DNA from: Dimorphilus gyrociliatus
Lineage: Eukaryota > Animalia > Annelida
Length of the DNA stretch: 35,991 nucleotides
Direction: 5' to 3'
Assembly: GCA_904063045.1 (NCBI GenBank)
Contig: CAJFCJ010000186.1
Span: 1 to 35,991, forward strand
Within the stretch, counting starts at the first letter, position 1, and every line of letters begins with the position of its first letter. Shown one piece after another: positions 19,675-31,604 of the stretch. A program made the translations under genes and the position numbers. The notes below the pieces were generated by a model, which was given only the letters and a program-made list of their open reading frames with translations, was not told where the DNA came from and did not search any database.

Positions 19675-20728
19675 GGTTTTCTTGTGATAGTTTTGTTTAC
19701 TCTATCTCTATATGCCTTCTTTTTCATGACAGATTTGCACAATGCAGTAGCTCTTATTTCTTCCATTTCATGCTTTCTATCAAATAGAAATTTTGTTGTT
19801 GGTTCTAATCTTGGAACTTCCATTAACAAATCTAAGACATTCCTATTCTTCAATCCAAATAATATTTCATGTGGAGTTTTGCCTGTGCTTCCCACTGGAA
19901 TTTGGTTTAAGCATGTTTGAATTATTGGTAATTGTCTTGTCCAATCTGTTAATTGTTCCATAACTACATGTTTATGTAGTGCTCTGCGAATTTCCAAATT
20001 CTTTCTTTCTACCATTCCATTACTTTGGCTATGGAATGCTGTTGTTTTTATTTTCCTTATTCCCATTGATGTAACCATCTCTGTAAATATTTCCCCCAGA
20101 AAATTCCGTCCTTGGTCTGTGAGAATTTCTTCTGGAATACCAAATATTGGAAAGTAGTTAAAAAACAAGTGTTTTGATATTTCTTCAGCTGTCTGAGTTT
20201 TTAATGGAAATAGGTTTGTAAATCTTGACATGTGATCTATAATGACAAGTATGTATTTGTAAGATTCATGTCCTGTTAGTGGTCCCATTATGTCCATTGC
20301 AATTCTTTGCATTGGTAGAGTTGGATGGGGTGTTTCAACCAATAGATGTTTGTTTCCAGGTGCTCTTAATTGTTCACAGAATTTGCAATTCTTTATATGG
20401 TCTTTAATTGTTTTCTTAAGTTGTGGATGCCAGAAAGCTTGTTCCAAAGTATGAATTGTTATGTCTACACCATAGTGTTCAAATATTTGATGTTGATGTA
20501 TTTGGTTCAGTAGGTTTGTTAAAGTTAGTAGTGGAATTACCAGTAATGGTTGACAACCATTCAGATACCATACTAAATCATCTTTGACAAACATATGTTC
20601 AATAAAATTTTGTATTCCTTGAACATTTCAACATCAATATTTGCTCCTTCCAATTTTTCTACAATTTTCATTAGCGTGTCATCCAAAACTTGTTCAGTGT
20701 AGAAGTTTATCTCAACAGGTTTATTTTT
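19641..20728 (-). mobile_element. pol: Ty3/Gypsy pol 3' end: RNaseH-IN linker plus DDE integrase (truncated by the N gap)
   Basis: HHCC zinc finger (HQHQIFEHYG...CKFC), core RIAMDIMGP, ILTDQGRNF, SNGMVERKN, and TPHEILFG. An upstream linker (EQVLDDTLMKIVEKL) is open to the gap in another frame. Single-base shifts occur near 20608 and 19676. Confidence 0.92.
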
Positions 20729-21181
20729 NNNNNNNNNNNNNNNNNNNNNNNNNNNNNNNNNNNNNNNNNNNNNNNNNNNNNNNNNNNNNNNNNNNNNNNN
20801 NNNNNNNNNNNNNNNNNNNNNNNNNNNNNNNNNNNNNNNNNNNNNNNNNNNNNNNNNNNNNNNNNNNNNNNNNNNNNNNNNNNNNNNNNNNNNNNNNNNN
20901 NNNNNNNNNNNNNNNNNNNNNNNNNNNNNNNNNNNNNNNNNNNNNNNNNNNNNNNNNNNNNNNNNNNNNNNNNNNNNNNNNNNNNNNNNNNNNNNNNNNN
21001 NNNNNNNNNNNNNNNNNNNNNNNNNNNNNNNNNNNNNNNNNNNNNNNNNNNNNNNNNNNNNNNNNNNNNNNNNNNNNNNNNNNNNNNNNNNNNNNNNNNN
21101 NNNNNNNNNNNNNNNNNNNNNNNNNNNNNNNNNNNNNNNNNNNNNNNNNNNNNNNNNNNNNNNNNNNNNNNNNNNNNNNNN
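20729..21181. other. Assembly gap (453 N)
   Basis: Run of N in the sequence. Confidence 1.
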
Positions 21182-22671
21182 AAATTAGTTTCAATCCATT
21201 ACCAAGACTGGACACTTGGTACCAAAGTCCAAAAGATAAACAATTTCAAACACATCAAGCAAATGGAAAATTTACACTTTTGCAAAGAACACCAAAGAAG
21301 CATAAAATGGAGGAGAAGAGTATCAGAAAGCATACAAAATTTCACAAAATAGACATAGCAGATGCTATTCGAACATCTGCTTTATTAAATAACATTGATA
21401 AAAATTTCCAAAATTTACAAACAGTTTTCAAACAAGTATCACAACTTCTATGCAAAGAATTCATTATGAGAAACAAGATGTAGCATTACTCACACCATTG
21501 GCACCTCAACTACCAACAATACTTGGATCTAAGCATGGAATGCACAGTACATGGCTTGGTGATCTAACAACCTTAAATACTTGTACAGAATTAAAATCAG
21601 TTCAAGTAGTGTGTGATACAACAATTATCACCAAAAATGGATTATGCTCCAAAGAATTTCTCATCAAGTATAAAGATCTCTTATTGTCAGTTGATCCAAT
21701 ACTCCATCATGCTTACCACATAACAAAAGAAGATATAAGATATGGAGATTGTGACCAAACACAACACCTGTTCAAAATTAAGAAAAACCCACTGGACATT
21801 GAACACAATCAACATGCAATGTATTCTGGAAAGAAAACATTCATCTATTACACAAAGAAAGGATGCAGATTTCAAACTGCAGCAGCACAATCAATCAGAA
21901 TGAAAATAAGCAATGAAATTGAAGAACCAAAATTAGAGGTTGCTAGACTTACTGAGTTAATACAACTTTGTATAAAAGAGGATGTTGGTAAGAAACAATA
22001 ACAAGTTCAACAAGTTTTAGAATACATTCAAGACACTTTAACAAGACATAAAGAGCACATAAACTTTGCTAATGATTTGGGCATTGATGCTGCTTTGTCT
22101 AAAACTGAACATATATTCTCATCATGGGCCAGGACACCTTACAAAACACTCATCAACATACTTCTTCCAATAACAATAATCATTGGAATTGGGATTCTGA
22201 TTTGGTTTCTTTGGAAGAAAGACTGGAAAAGAGTACACTTCACCAAGCTAGCTAAGCTTTTAGCTAGAAAAGAAAAGTTACCTACAGCCCCAACAGCTGA
22301 ACCAGAAGAAATACCACTACAAACTTATCCAACATTCAAAAAGGATGGTGACTCACTGATTGTTTCAAGCCCAAGACCTTTCATGGAAGCAAGGTCTTAA
22401 AGGAGTGGGATGTTTGTACACATTTAGGCAGTTCGTAGGTACTAAACACATAAGCTTATAACCAGGCTCACAAATTCACACAATACACCCAAATTGTTAC
22501 ATTTCATTCATCAATGGAAAGCAATATTGAAAGAGTATTATAGAGTACTCTACATGCCTAAAACTACAACATACACTATTTAAACTAGATGTTAACCCTA
22601 ATTATTATACACATCATATTTAATGAATATTAATTATATCTTCCACTATTCTATTTATATTTGGAGCTTTT
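21182..22671 (+). mobile_element. env: Second, inverted and degenerate copy of the env 3' part, PPT and partial LTR
   Basis: Near-identical reverse complement of ~18218-16697. It carries a g>aa change near 21303, a 7-bp deletion near 21335, a 1-nt deletion near 21480, a CAA>TAA stop near 21997, and loss of a 25-bp hairpin. The LTR breaks off at 22671. Confidence 0.92.
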
Positions 22672-24590
22672 GTGGGCAAACCAAGGTTTCATTCTACTGT
22701 TGCATGTTGTTTTTCACCTTTCAATGTGGGCATAGGTCATTTATTTATTTAAAATGACGTGTTCCTCTCTAGAAGACAAGCCCTTCATTGTCAATTCAAC
22801 ATTACAACAATGATGTTTAGGGATTGCATAGAAGATTTAATGTAAAAACTATGCCTAATACTTATTTCTATTTATTTAATTCAAATTTGGCTCTTTTTCC
22901 TTTAACATTCTCTCTCTCTCTCTCTGTTATCAGAAACATTTGAAGATTAAAACTCATCTAACAACAGCAACAACAAGTGTTGATTATTTCTATGTATTGA
23001 TTAAACACTAACAACTTTTACAATATTGTCTAGTTTTAATTTTTTTATCACAATTTGGAATGGTAACGCCATCTATAGGACTTTAAAAAAATTAAAAAGT
23101 AATTTAACCAGTTTTTTTTCCACTTTTCCTCTCCAATTTGACAAAGACTAGAAAATTTCCAGAAGAGACAAACAATGGGTTATAGTAAAAAATACAATCT
23201 AGGCCTATTCTTTTAAACCAATGAATTTTATAATAGATTGCTTGATTGGTTTTTCATTAGTTTTAACATTCTACAAACTTGATTGATTTCTACTTGAGAA
23301 TATAGAAAATGGATAATGAATGTCAACAGAAAACTTTCACATATTTGAAATTTCAAGGGTAGATTTTGCATTGAAAAGAAGAAGACAGCAACTGATTTGT
23401 ACTTAGGATGGTCTCCTCCAAGGATTAGGGATAATGAACAAAGGTTGTGTAAAGTCAAGCACTGGATTAGGATTAGGATAAAAGCCATGGTTTGTGGACG
23501 TTTTCTGTTGTATCCCATTTAAGCCTGTTTGATGAGTCATCGTCAGTCTGACATATCAGATTCAGAATACTGTACAACTGCCTAAATTTGAATTTGAATT
23601 TTTTACACATGATATTCTTGGACAAAGAAACATTTAAACAAACTTTTATTAGTTGTACAACTGTCTTTTGGTTAATATTTGGCTTCAGATCAATTAATAA
23701 TTGATGAAGTATTTTATTAAATAGATATGACAGATGGAGCCACTTTTCAAATGGCAAAGGAATGTCAAAGATATGCATTACTTTGGAGGAAGCACAGTAT
23801 CCACTGGCTGGAGAATGGTTGAAGTGGTTGGCTTGGTCAATAGTGGAGGTGGATTTGAAACTTGTCTGAAAGGAATGGTGAGCACTGTTGCACAACTACC
23901 TTGAACTTTTTTCATACTTTTCTCCGCCAATCAATAAGAGTGATTGCAAAAGAATTTTTGATCCGTTTTACCAAACATGTTGATTGGAATCATTTGATTG
24001 AATTACCAATAATCATGAAACTCATCGATAAATAGGCCAAATGATATAGTTAATATTCTCTACAATAAAATAGATGATTTCAATCCAAAGGTGAAGGTTA
24101 CTTGTGATAAATGTTCCAGTAGAAGTTAAAGAAACAATTTCCCTGCTTATCTATACATTCATTACTGCACAAATATTGCAAATTTAGATAACAATCTGTT
24201 GAATTCTCTTAACACTGAAGTGGCTCCATCTATGAAGTTGTGAATGTGATGGATCTTTGAATCTTTGGATGATTGATAACTATTAGAGGTGGGCTGAAAA
24301 CAGCCAGAACCCTGATTGAAAATGGCCAGAGACCTATTTTTGAATATAGAAAATAATAAATATAAACTGATAGAAAACATATTGAATATTTGTGAATATA
24401 AAGACACCAATCAGAAACTTTTAAAGTCAGTGAAGTATGCATTTTGCAAGAGAAAACTGGTAAACTTTTTGAATTGACATTTTATTATTGAAACATATAC
24501 ATTAAACATTTAAATTGATGTGCAAAAGATTCTGGACATTTTCAGGTTTACTTAGGGAAACATGTTAAAATAAAATTACCTTGTTTTTCC

Positions 24591-27500
24591 TCATAAGAGT
24601 AGACAAGTTGATGATTTTTTAATTTCTTTAGTTGGATTCTCCTTTTCCTTTCTTAACTGTTCAATTCTTTTTCTTTCTTCTTCTAGATGCCATCTCAACC
24701 GTGCCTTGTTTAGCTCCTTGTCTATATCTTTATTGTTCTGTTTTACTTCCAATACTTCCTCTCGCAGTTGCTTTATCATATTTTCCCTGCTTTTTAATTT
24801 TTCTTCAAATTCTCTATTCTTCTCTTCTTCTGTGTGTAATTTGTTTTCCATTGATGCCTGCTTCATTCTTTCATTATCATGGTTTTCCCCTTTTCTCTGT
24901 GTCATCTCTTCTTTATTTTCACCTAGTTTATTATCTTGCTGTTTTTCCTCTTCAGATTGTTTGTTTTTTTTAGAAAGAGCATCTCTCCTTTGAGCTTTTA
25001 GTTGAAAATCAATTGTATGAAGTAACTGCATAAATTCATCACTGTCACCAATATTTCTGTCATTTACTGTTGAAAAATTAATATACTTTAAATCTGTAAA
25101 AGCCTTTGACATTGGTCCTTCGGGTGGCCATTTTATATTCTCTAAAAGTACAGGAACAATTGGTTTTCCTAATTCCGATGATAAGCCAATTTCTCTTTTA
25201 CAGTTGACACTTTGAGAATACTTTTGAGTAACACAAGATATGATAAGTTTTGCTCTCCTTACTCCATTGTCAATTTTATCAAAAAGTGAATCACCTCCAC
25301 CCATTTGAGCAATATCAAGCCAACATTCAAATCCCTTTTCCAAAAGGCTTCTACACAGAGTTGTAACTAATTTTTGATTATCCCATTGATAGGAAATAAA
25401 GAGAGGTGGAGAGTTTCCTTTTAGCATTTCGGATTCATTGGAGTGTTGCTCCTTTTTTAGATGCTTTGTCCAACCAAAGTAGGGAGAACCTTTTTTGATT
25501 AATTCCATATTAGGCTCTAAATGAAAGCGAAGTTGCATTAAAAGTTCTTGGAATTTTTCTGGATGCCAGAAAATGTTTTGATTGTTATTTTTTTCATTTT
25601 TTTGATAGAATTTGATATATAAATATTCAGCTAAAATGGGACCCAAAGGTCCGCTAGGTGGCCAAGATAAATCTTCCATTAGTAAGGGAATAATTGCTTT
25701 TCCAAGATTGGCTGAGAGATTAATTTCGCGGCAACAATTTGTTGATTTTGCGTATTTTAAACTTACACAACTCAGAATGACTTGAGCAGACCTAATTCCA
25801 TCGTCTATCTTCTGGAATAGGCTATCGCCTCCACCCATTTGACCAATATCCATCCAAGCTTTGAAGCCAGCTTGCTCCAAATGTTTGCAAAGTAGTTTGA
25901 CCTCCTCCTGATGACCCCATTGATAGCTGATAAACACTTTTGGTTTTTCTATCATTTCAACTTTTTTATCTTCAATGATGGATTTTACAGATTCAAGGGC
26001 ATTTTCAACAATCTCAGCCGCATCAAGTCTATTCATATCTTTCAAATTCTTTAAGATTGCAAATGTTGCCTCCTTTGTATTATTAGTGGCAAACCATTCA
26101 TCAATTAGGGAAAGACACGGATCAGGTTGAGTAGCCCAATTTCTGACATCATCAACGCTATAATTGAGTTTTAATGCCAGTAGTCTCCAATCATTGTCAC
26201 TTGGTTTATTCATAAGGTCAGAAAGGTGACGGGACCAAGAAGGAGCATGGCTGAGAGTCATATGACTAAGTTTTTCTACTCGTTCATCAAGATTTTCAAC
26301 ATTATATTCAATCTTTTGAACTTGATTTTTCATCATTTCCAAATCTTCTTTTACATTTTCAATCTTTTCTTTAGTCTTTACCAGATCGCTGTCAAGTTCA
26401 ACTATCTTACCACTGTTATCCGTGACTCTAACATCAAGATTTTCCAATTCATCTTGGTGATCATCTAAAATGTTTGCAATGCCCTCTAGACTCCTCCCTT
26501 CAATAACATTAATAATGTATTGAACTTGATCAACCATTGGACCATCTTTGAGTTTCAGCAGTTCATCTTTGTAAATAGCAACAGGTTGTTTAAATTTACA
26601 AACAATACCTTGTAAAGCTGATAATAGAAAGGAGCGGTGCTCAGTTTTCACTTTGTAGAAAATTTCCCAAATCAAATTTGTATAAAATGTTGCCAATTCC
26701 TCTGTTTCAGCCAATTGAGGCAGGTTACTGACAACAAAAATACTATTTGGGTGAGAGCTTTTTATGAAGTTGGCAAGTCTTTTGTGATAATTGACAAACA
26801 AATCTTTCCTGTTTGACATGAGGCTGTACGTAACATTTAAAACGAAATTTGAATTTTCTCCTTCTAAATTCTCCAATGTATATTCCAGAAATTCCTCATC
26901 TATTATACTAGGATTGTGTTCTATTATTTTTTCAACTAGTTCCATAAATTGGAATATTGTGTGATTGGGCAGGTTTTTTACAGTTGCCAGTATAGTTTGA
27001 AAATTTGTATGAACATAGCTTGATTGTCTTGGATACATTTCAAGGATTTTGGCTGTCAAATGGGAAATATGAAGAATATCACTATTTCAATAAAATATCT
27101 ACCTAGACTGGTCCCGTCACCAGCTAAAAAATTGTCAACAAGTTGTCTTTCAGCATCGCCTTTCTTCTTAACCGTTAATTCATAAGTTGAATAGACATTG
27201 TCAGCTGACACCTTTAACCATAAGAATATCATTACTTACTAATTGGTGTTGGAAAAAAGGTGTCTTGAAAGAGATAGAAGAGAAAAAGTACCTGAATCTC
27301 AATATCATCATCTTGATCTTTCAGCTTCTCAATAGTTTCAATCACAGGGGGAAGAAACTCTTTAAGAAAATTACACTGTTCAATAAAAGATGAGAGATTT
27401 CAATGACAATTCAAAAAGGAAAAAAATTGAATATCTTAAATACTTCATTATAAAATGTTTCAAGGCACTTGAGTATTATATGAGCAGAAAGGGTTCTCTT

Positions 27501-28560
27501 TGTATCCGAGTCTATGCAGATATTCAATGGAAGTTTAGAGCAGACATTGAAGAGTTGTGTTAAAGGCTTCTCTATATTGCGAAGATTGCTATTCTCCCTG
27601 TTTGGAAGATTTACCATTTGTGTCTAATTACAGCACAGAGTACTTGATATCAAAAGAATACAAAGCCTACTGGTATGAAATCCAAATGCGGTTGAATAAA
27701 ACATTAATTTGATTAAAAACATCAACATTGCAGATTATCAGTGGATTATCTACTTTTTCAATAGAATCTTTGATTTTATGCAGAATATCAACAAATGTCT
27801 TGAAATATGGCTTTTGAAGAAGCAAAAGAGAAACTTGAAGGAAAGAAGGTTAAAAACAAAAACAATTAGATTCTCACCTCCCAGTTAAGAGACCTTTGCA
27901 GCCAAGCCATACTTTCAAAGGTGTGATATGAAGAGAAATCAAAAGATTTTTCAACATAGTAGATCATGTCTTTCATCAATTTGGTATAGCCATTGGTCTG
28001 TCTGTATATAATTAGTTAATTATATATTGTTTGTTCAAAGAAAATTAATGACATTACTCAATTGCCATATCTACTGCTCTTGAAAATGAGTCATATTCCT
28101 TACTTCCTTTTGATGTTTGATCAACTTGCAATGAAAATATTGTATCATAACAAAATTTGAATAATTCTGGATTTTTGTTAAAGTTTAAAAGAATCAAATT
28201 CTGCCTTAGGAATCTCTCAATTATTGGTCTCTGAGGATTTTCCATAATAGTCTTAAGGAATAATTTTCTCTTTTCCATATCTTTTCTGTTTTTGAAAGAA
28301 TGAGAATTTCTTATTATGAAAGAAAGATAAGATAAAGGAAGAAGATGAGTGATAAAAATGCATTTGTCATTATTATTGTTGTTTGATGATGATGCACTTT
28401 TCCACTCATTCTCTTCCCAAAAAATGAATATATCTTCCTACTTAAATACTGGTAGAAGAGTCTTTTCAAAATCTTTGCCATATAATGTTATAAAATTGTC
28501 ATTGTCTGTCCCAGACTCAACTGAGCTCATATCATGGAGAAATCTATCCACATTGTCCAT
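24591..28560 (-). CDS. Helical/ARM-like - coiled coil - Death domain - TIR - TIR - coiled coil - CaaX protein (~1,100-1,150 aa if upstream exons are included)
   Basis: The 822-aa ORF contains a Death-like DWRLLALKL...CLSLIDEW...L.DMNRLDAAEIV, two TIR_2 domains (VFISYQW...WMDIGQMGGGDSLF...CCREI; LFISYQW...WLDIAQMGGGDSLF...CKREI), and a C-terminal STCLLL*. Candidate upstream exons are 28560-28442, ~28285-28057, ~28000-27870, ~27820-27670, ~27625-27440 and ~27378-27295. The last exon starts at ~27211 with a 1-nt shift near 27085. The upstream model is less certain than the core. Confidence 0.8.
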
Positions 28561-29028
28561 CTTTGTAATATTATGATGATCCACTAAAGGCAATTTTAAA
28601 GTGAAATATTTTAACAGATCAAATCTTCTTTATATTTTTCTACTGAGCAAAATGATCAATTTCAGCCTCTCGTTGCTATGCTCCCTCTAATGCTGACATT
28701 TAATCAATAATATAAAAACTACTGTACTGCTCTTGCTGGCAAAATCTATGCGTTTGCAAGTTATAACAATACTGGTTCTACTCAAACCTTTAAACAAATG
28801 TTTAAATTAAAACGGTGTATTCGCAATAATAATACTTAAGCAAGTAACAATATGAGAGTTTGATAGCAGAGTAGATAGTTTGTAAAAGCAGGTTGCCAAA
28901 TTACCAAACTGTCTTCTAATGTTGAGGAGTAGATGGATGGTTCCAGTGGAGGTTGTTTCCAGATGATTCTCCCAGGTCCTTGAGTCCAGATGGAAGCTGC
29001 ATGCCAAATGAGAATAGTGAGGATTTAT

Positions 29029-29268
29029 ATACTTTGAGGTTGCCTCTGACATCCAATCATCACTTTACAGTTGCCAAAATGTGTAGTTCATATTTATGTT
29101 TAGTAACAGGATGTTACAAGGTTGAACATTTAGGAAGGTTAATTGAATTATAACTTGGCAACACCCTAGGCAAGTTAATTAAATTATAACTTGGCCAAAC
29201 CTTTATTGGTAATTAAAGATGAGCCTTCAAGCTGACTAATCAGACTTATGTTTGGCCAATGTTATAGC
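29029..29268. repeat. Dispersed repeat, copy 1 (paralogous to 30339-30578), with internal ~36-bp subrepeats
   Basis: atccaatca..actttacagtt.ccaa...agttcatatttat...acaaggtt.aaca.tt is shared; repeated ttggccaa and aattataacttggc motifs. Confidence 0.7.
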
Positions 29269-30338
29269 ATTTTCTTGCGTAGGTTTTAAGATGTACATGT
29301 ATATGTTGCATCAAATAATACAGTTCAACCATGTAAAATATAACCAAAGTTGTACACTACCATTGCCTATTTTGTATGAATAAGGAGAAAACTGTTGATA
29401 CAGCAAATTCTACTTTTCTGCTGGACTGTATGAAAAATCTGCAAGATTTGCATTTTTGTCTAAACAGTGCTTGTCCAGACTGGTCTGTAGCATGTGACAG
29501 AGTGCTTAAAAACCTAGGCAAATATTTTCAAGTCTAGTTAAGAAAATATATTCTAATTTCTTGAAAACATTGTTAGGTACTTTTTTTATATCACCTACAC
29601 TTAAAATAGACACTGAGATATAAACTTCTGATGGCAGGTGAAGAACTATCATCTAAGTGTTTGGAGATCCCATTGTTGAATGGGATACAAGATTAGAAAC
29701 TTACTGGTGTATACAGTTTAATTTCAACCAAAGTGCTATAAAAAATTGACAATTGAAGGAGTAATTCTCTTCAATAGATTTACTCTTTTCTGATACTTAA
29801 TACTATCACAGTTTTTAAAATCTTTTCCATTAACAATCACTTCCTGATTATCCACAGATTCACAGTCGTGTTTCACTAAGTAACGGGAATTGTTGATTGA
29901 TTGGGTTAGGTAAATTTGTAAGATTTAGAGCAAATTCTGGAGATTGCATTTCCTACACATCCATTTCACTTTTAGGATCAACTTTAGAAAGAAAATTTAG
30001 AAAATTGTAGCCAATTAACAAACATTACTCACATTCTTTTGATGTAATTGTTACAGTTGAAAGTTCAATTTCAATAATGTGTCTGTCTCTTAAAGATGAA
30101 ATTTTTAAATAAATTTGAAAATACAGTTTTAAAATTTCCACAAATTATATGTGCTGAATGAAAAGTTCCAACTAACGTTCCAAGTTACTAGTTTGCTTGT
30201 AAAATAATCTGTAATTTCTACAATTTCCTCAGCAGCAAGAACACCAAGGTTGGCACATTTTTTGGGAAAAAAAATATATATTAACAATACCATCATCTCC
30301 TCTTCATAGTACAAGGAGTAAAATAAAATGATGATTCA

Positions 30339-30578
30339 TATACTTGAAGGCTTTTCTCTAATATCCAATCACGACTTTACAGTTACCAAGCCATCCAGTT
30401 CATATTTATCCTTAGGAACAATGTGCTACAAGGTTCAACACTTGAGAAAGCTAATTAATCATAGTCTGGCCAAACCTTAGACAAGTTCACCAATCATGAC
30501 TTGGCCAAATCTTAAGTGGCACTTAAGATGAACCATAAGTATGACCAAGCAAGGTCTGCATTTGGCCAGATGTTATAA
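30339..30578. repeat. Dispersed repeat, copy 2 (direct repeat of 29029-29268, diverged)
   Basis: Colinear similarity throughout, by eye roughly 70%. Confidence 0.7.
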
Positions 30579-30823
30579 AAAAAATAAATTTGAGTTAAAC
30601 TATCAATTGTATGAAGCAAAGCAGGAAACCATAAACAGGAAATAGTTTGTCAACAAAATGGCAGACCTATCATTGCATAATTATATTATCTTGTATATAT
30701 CCATTGTCCATTTTAATTTCCATGTTCATTTTTTCTTGTGGACATTTCCTCCATAAACCAATCTATATTATTGAATAGGCTCTTGGCTGTGTAAACAAAT
30801 ATAAGTTCCCAAATGCATAGTTT

Positions 30824-30882
30824 AACCCTAACCCTATCCTAGCCCTTGTCTCTGCCTAACCTCTTGAATTACCCTTAACCTT
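30824..30882 (-). repeat. Degenerate (CCCTAA)n tract
   Basis: taaccctaaccctatcctagccc...cctaacc...cccttaacc. Confidence 0.55.
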
Positions 30883-31247
30883 TAGACAGAACCCCACCTA
30901 ACTACAAATCAATAGCTACTTTGCTCCTTCTAACCATTTTTCAATCCCTAATGTTGCTTTCAAAAATCTCACTTGGAGATGTTTTCTGTTGGCCCCCTTG
31001 CCAGCACATATTAATGAACCAACATTTAACAACATAAATTTTAGGGCCAATAATAATTGTGAGGGATGACATCAAAGAATGAACAGTAAGCTACCTGCTA
31101 AAGCGTTTTTTTCCTAGATGCATTATGTTCTTTCTGTTTAAGTGTTAATGAAAAGAGAATCAGAATTATTCTGAACAAGAGAGATGAACGAAAATGACAG
31201 AAAACTATAAATGTTTTGCCATTGTTCTACAAAAGGCACTGACTGCA

Positions 31248-31604
31248 TCAAAAATGTGATGTGATGTTAGTGGAGGCGAGACGAGAATGGGAACAGTTGT
31301 GAAAGGAAAGATTCCAAAAAAAGGTCAATAATTGTACTTTCCTGCTATTTCTTTCTTGAGACATTGGCTCACTTGAACTACCAGATGGTTGATTGTAACT
31401 ACATGAACTTCCATATACAGAATTCTCAGCAAGAGTTAATGAACCAGTCTGCACATGTCTTGCAATGAAAGCATCACCATCAAGAGATCCACCCAAATTC
31501 CTTATTCCTTCCATATATTCTTCCACTTTTAGCATGTACTCACTAATTTTCTTATCACCTTTACTTGATCTACTAGCAGTGGATTCGCTTCCAGCACTAG
31601 CCAT
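31248..31604 (-). pseudogene. Truncated gag-like ORF directly after the PBS
   Basis: The ATG lies 15 nt after the PBS. The ORF runs through the duplicated LTR-end sequence at 31332-31348 into unrelated flank. The call is from position only; no Gag motif was recognised. Confidence 0.45.

Noticed and set aside
19674-19701. Programmed -1 ribosomal frameshift between integrase and env
   Set aside because: There is no canonical X XXY YYZ heptamer in the overlap, and the shifted segment is the integrase's own GPY/F module. A missing base is more likely.
20641-21483. ORFs of 164-280 aa spanning the gap
   Set aside because: They are artefacts of translating through N; X codons mask stops.
23228-24442. 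Short minus-strand ORFs downstream of the TIR gene
   Set aside because: No recognisable motif, multiple stops and no consistent splice model. Left unassigned, although a decayed gene cannot be excluded.
24632-24993. Hydrophobic plus-strand ORFs, and similar ones at 19581-19920, 26226-26468 and 8546-8728
   Set aside because: They are antisense shadows of Lys/Glu-rich coding sequence on the minus strand.
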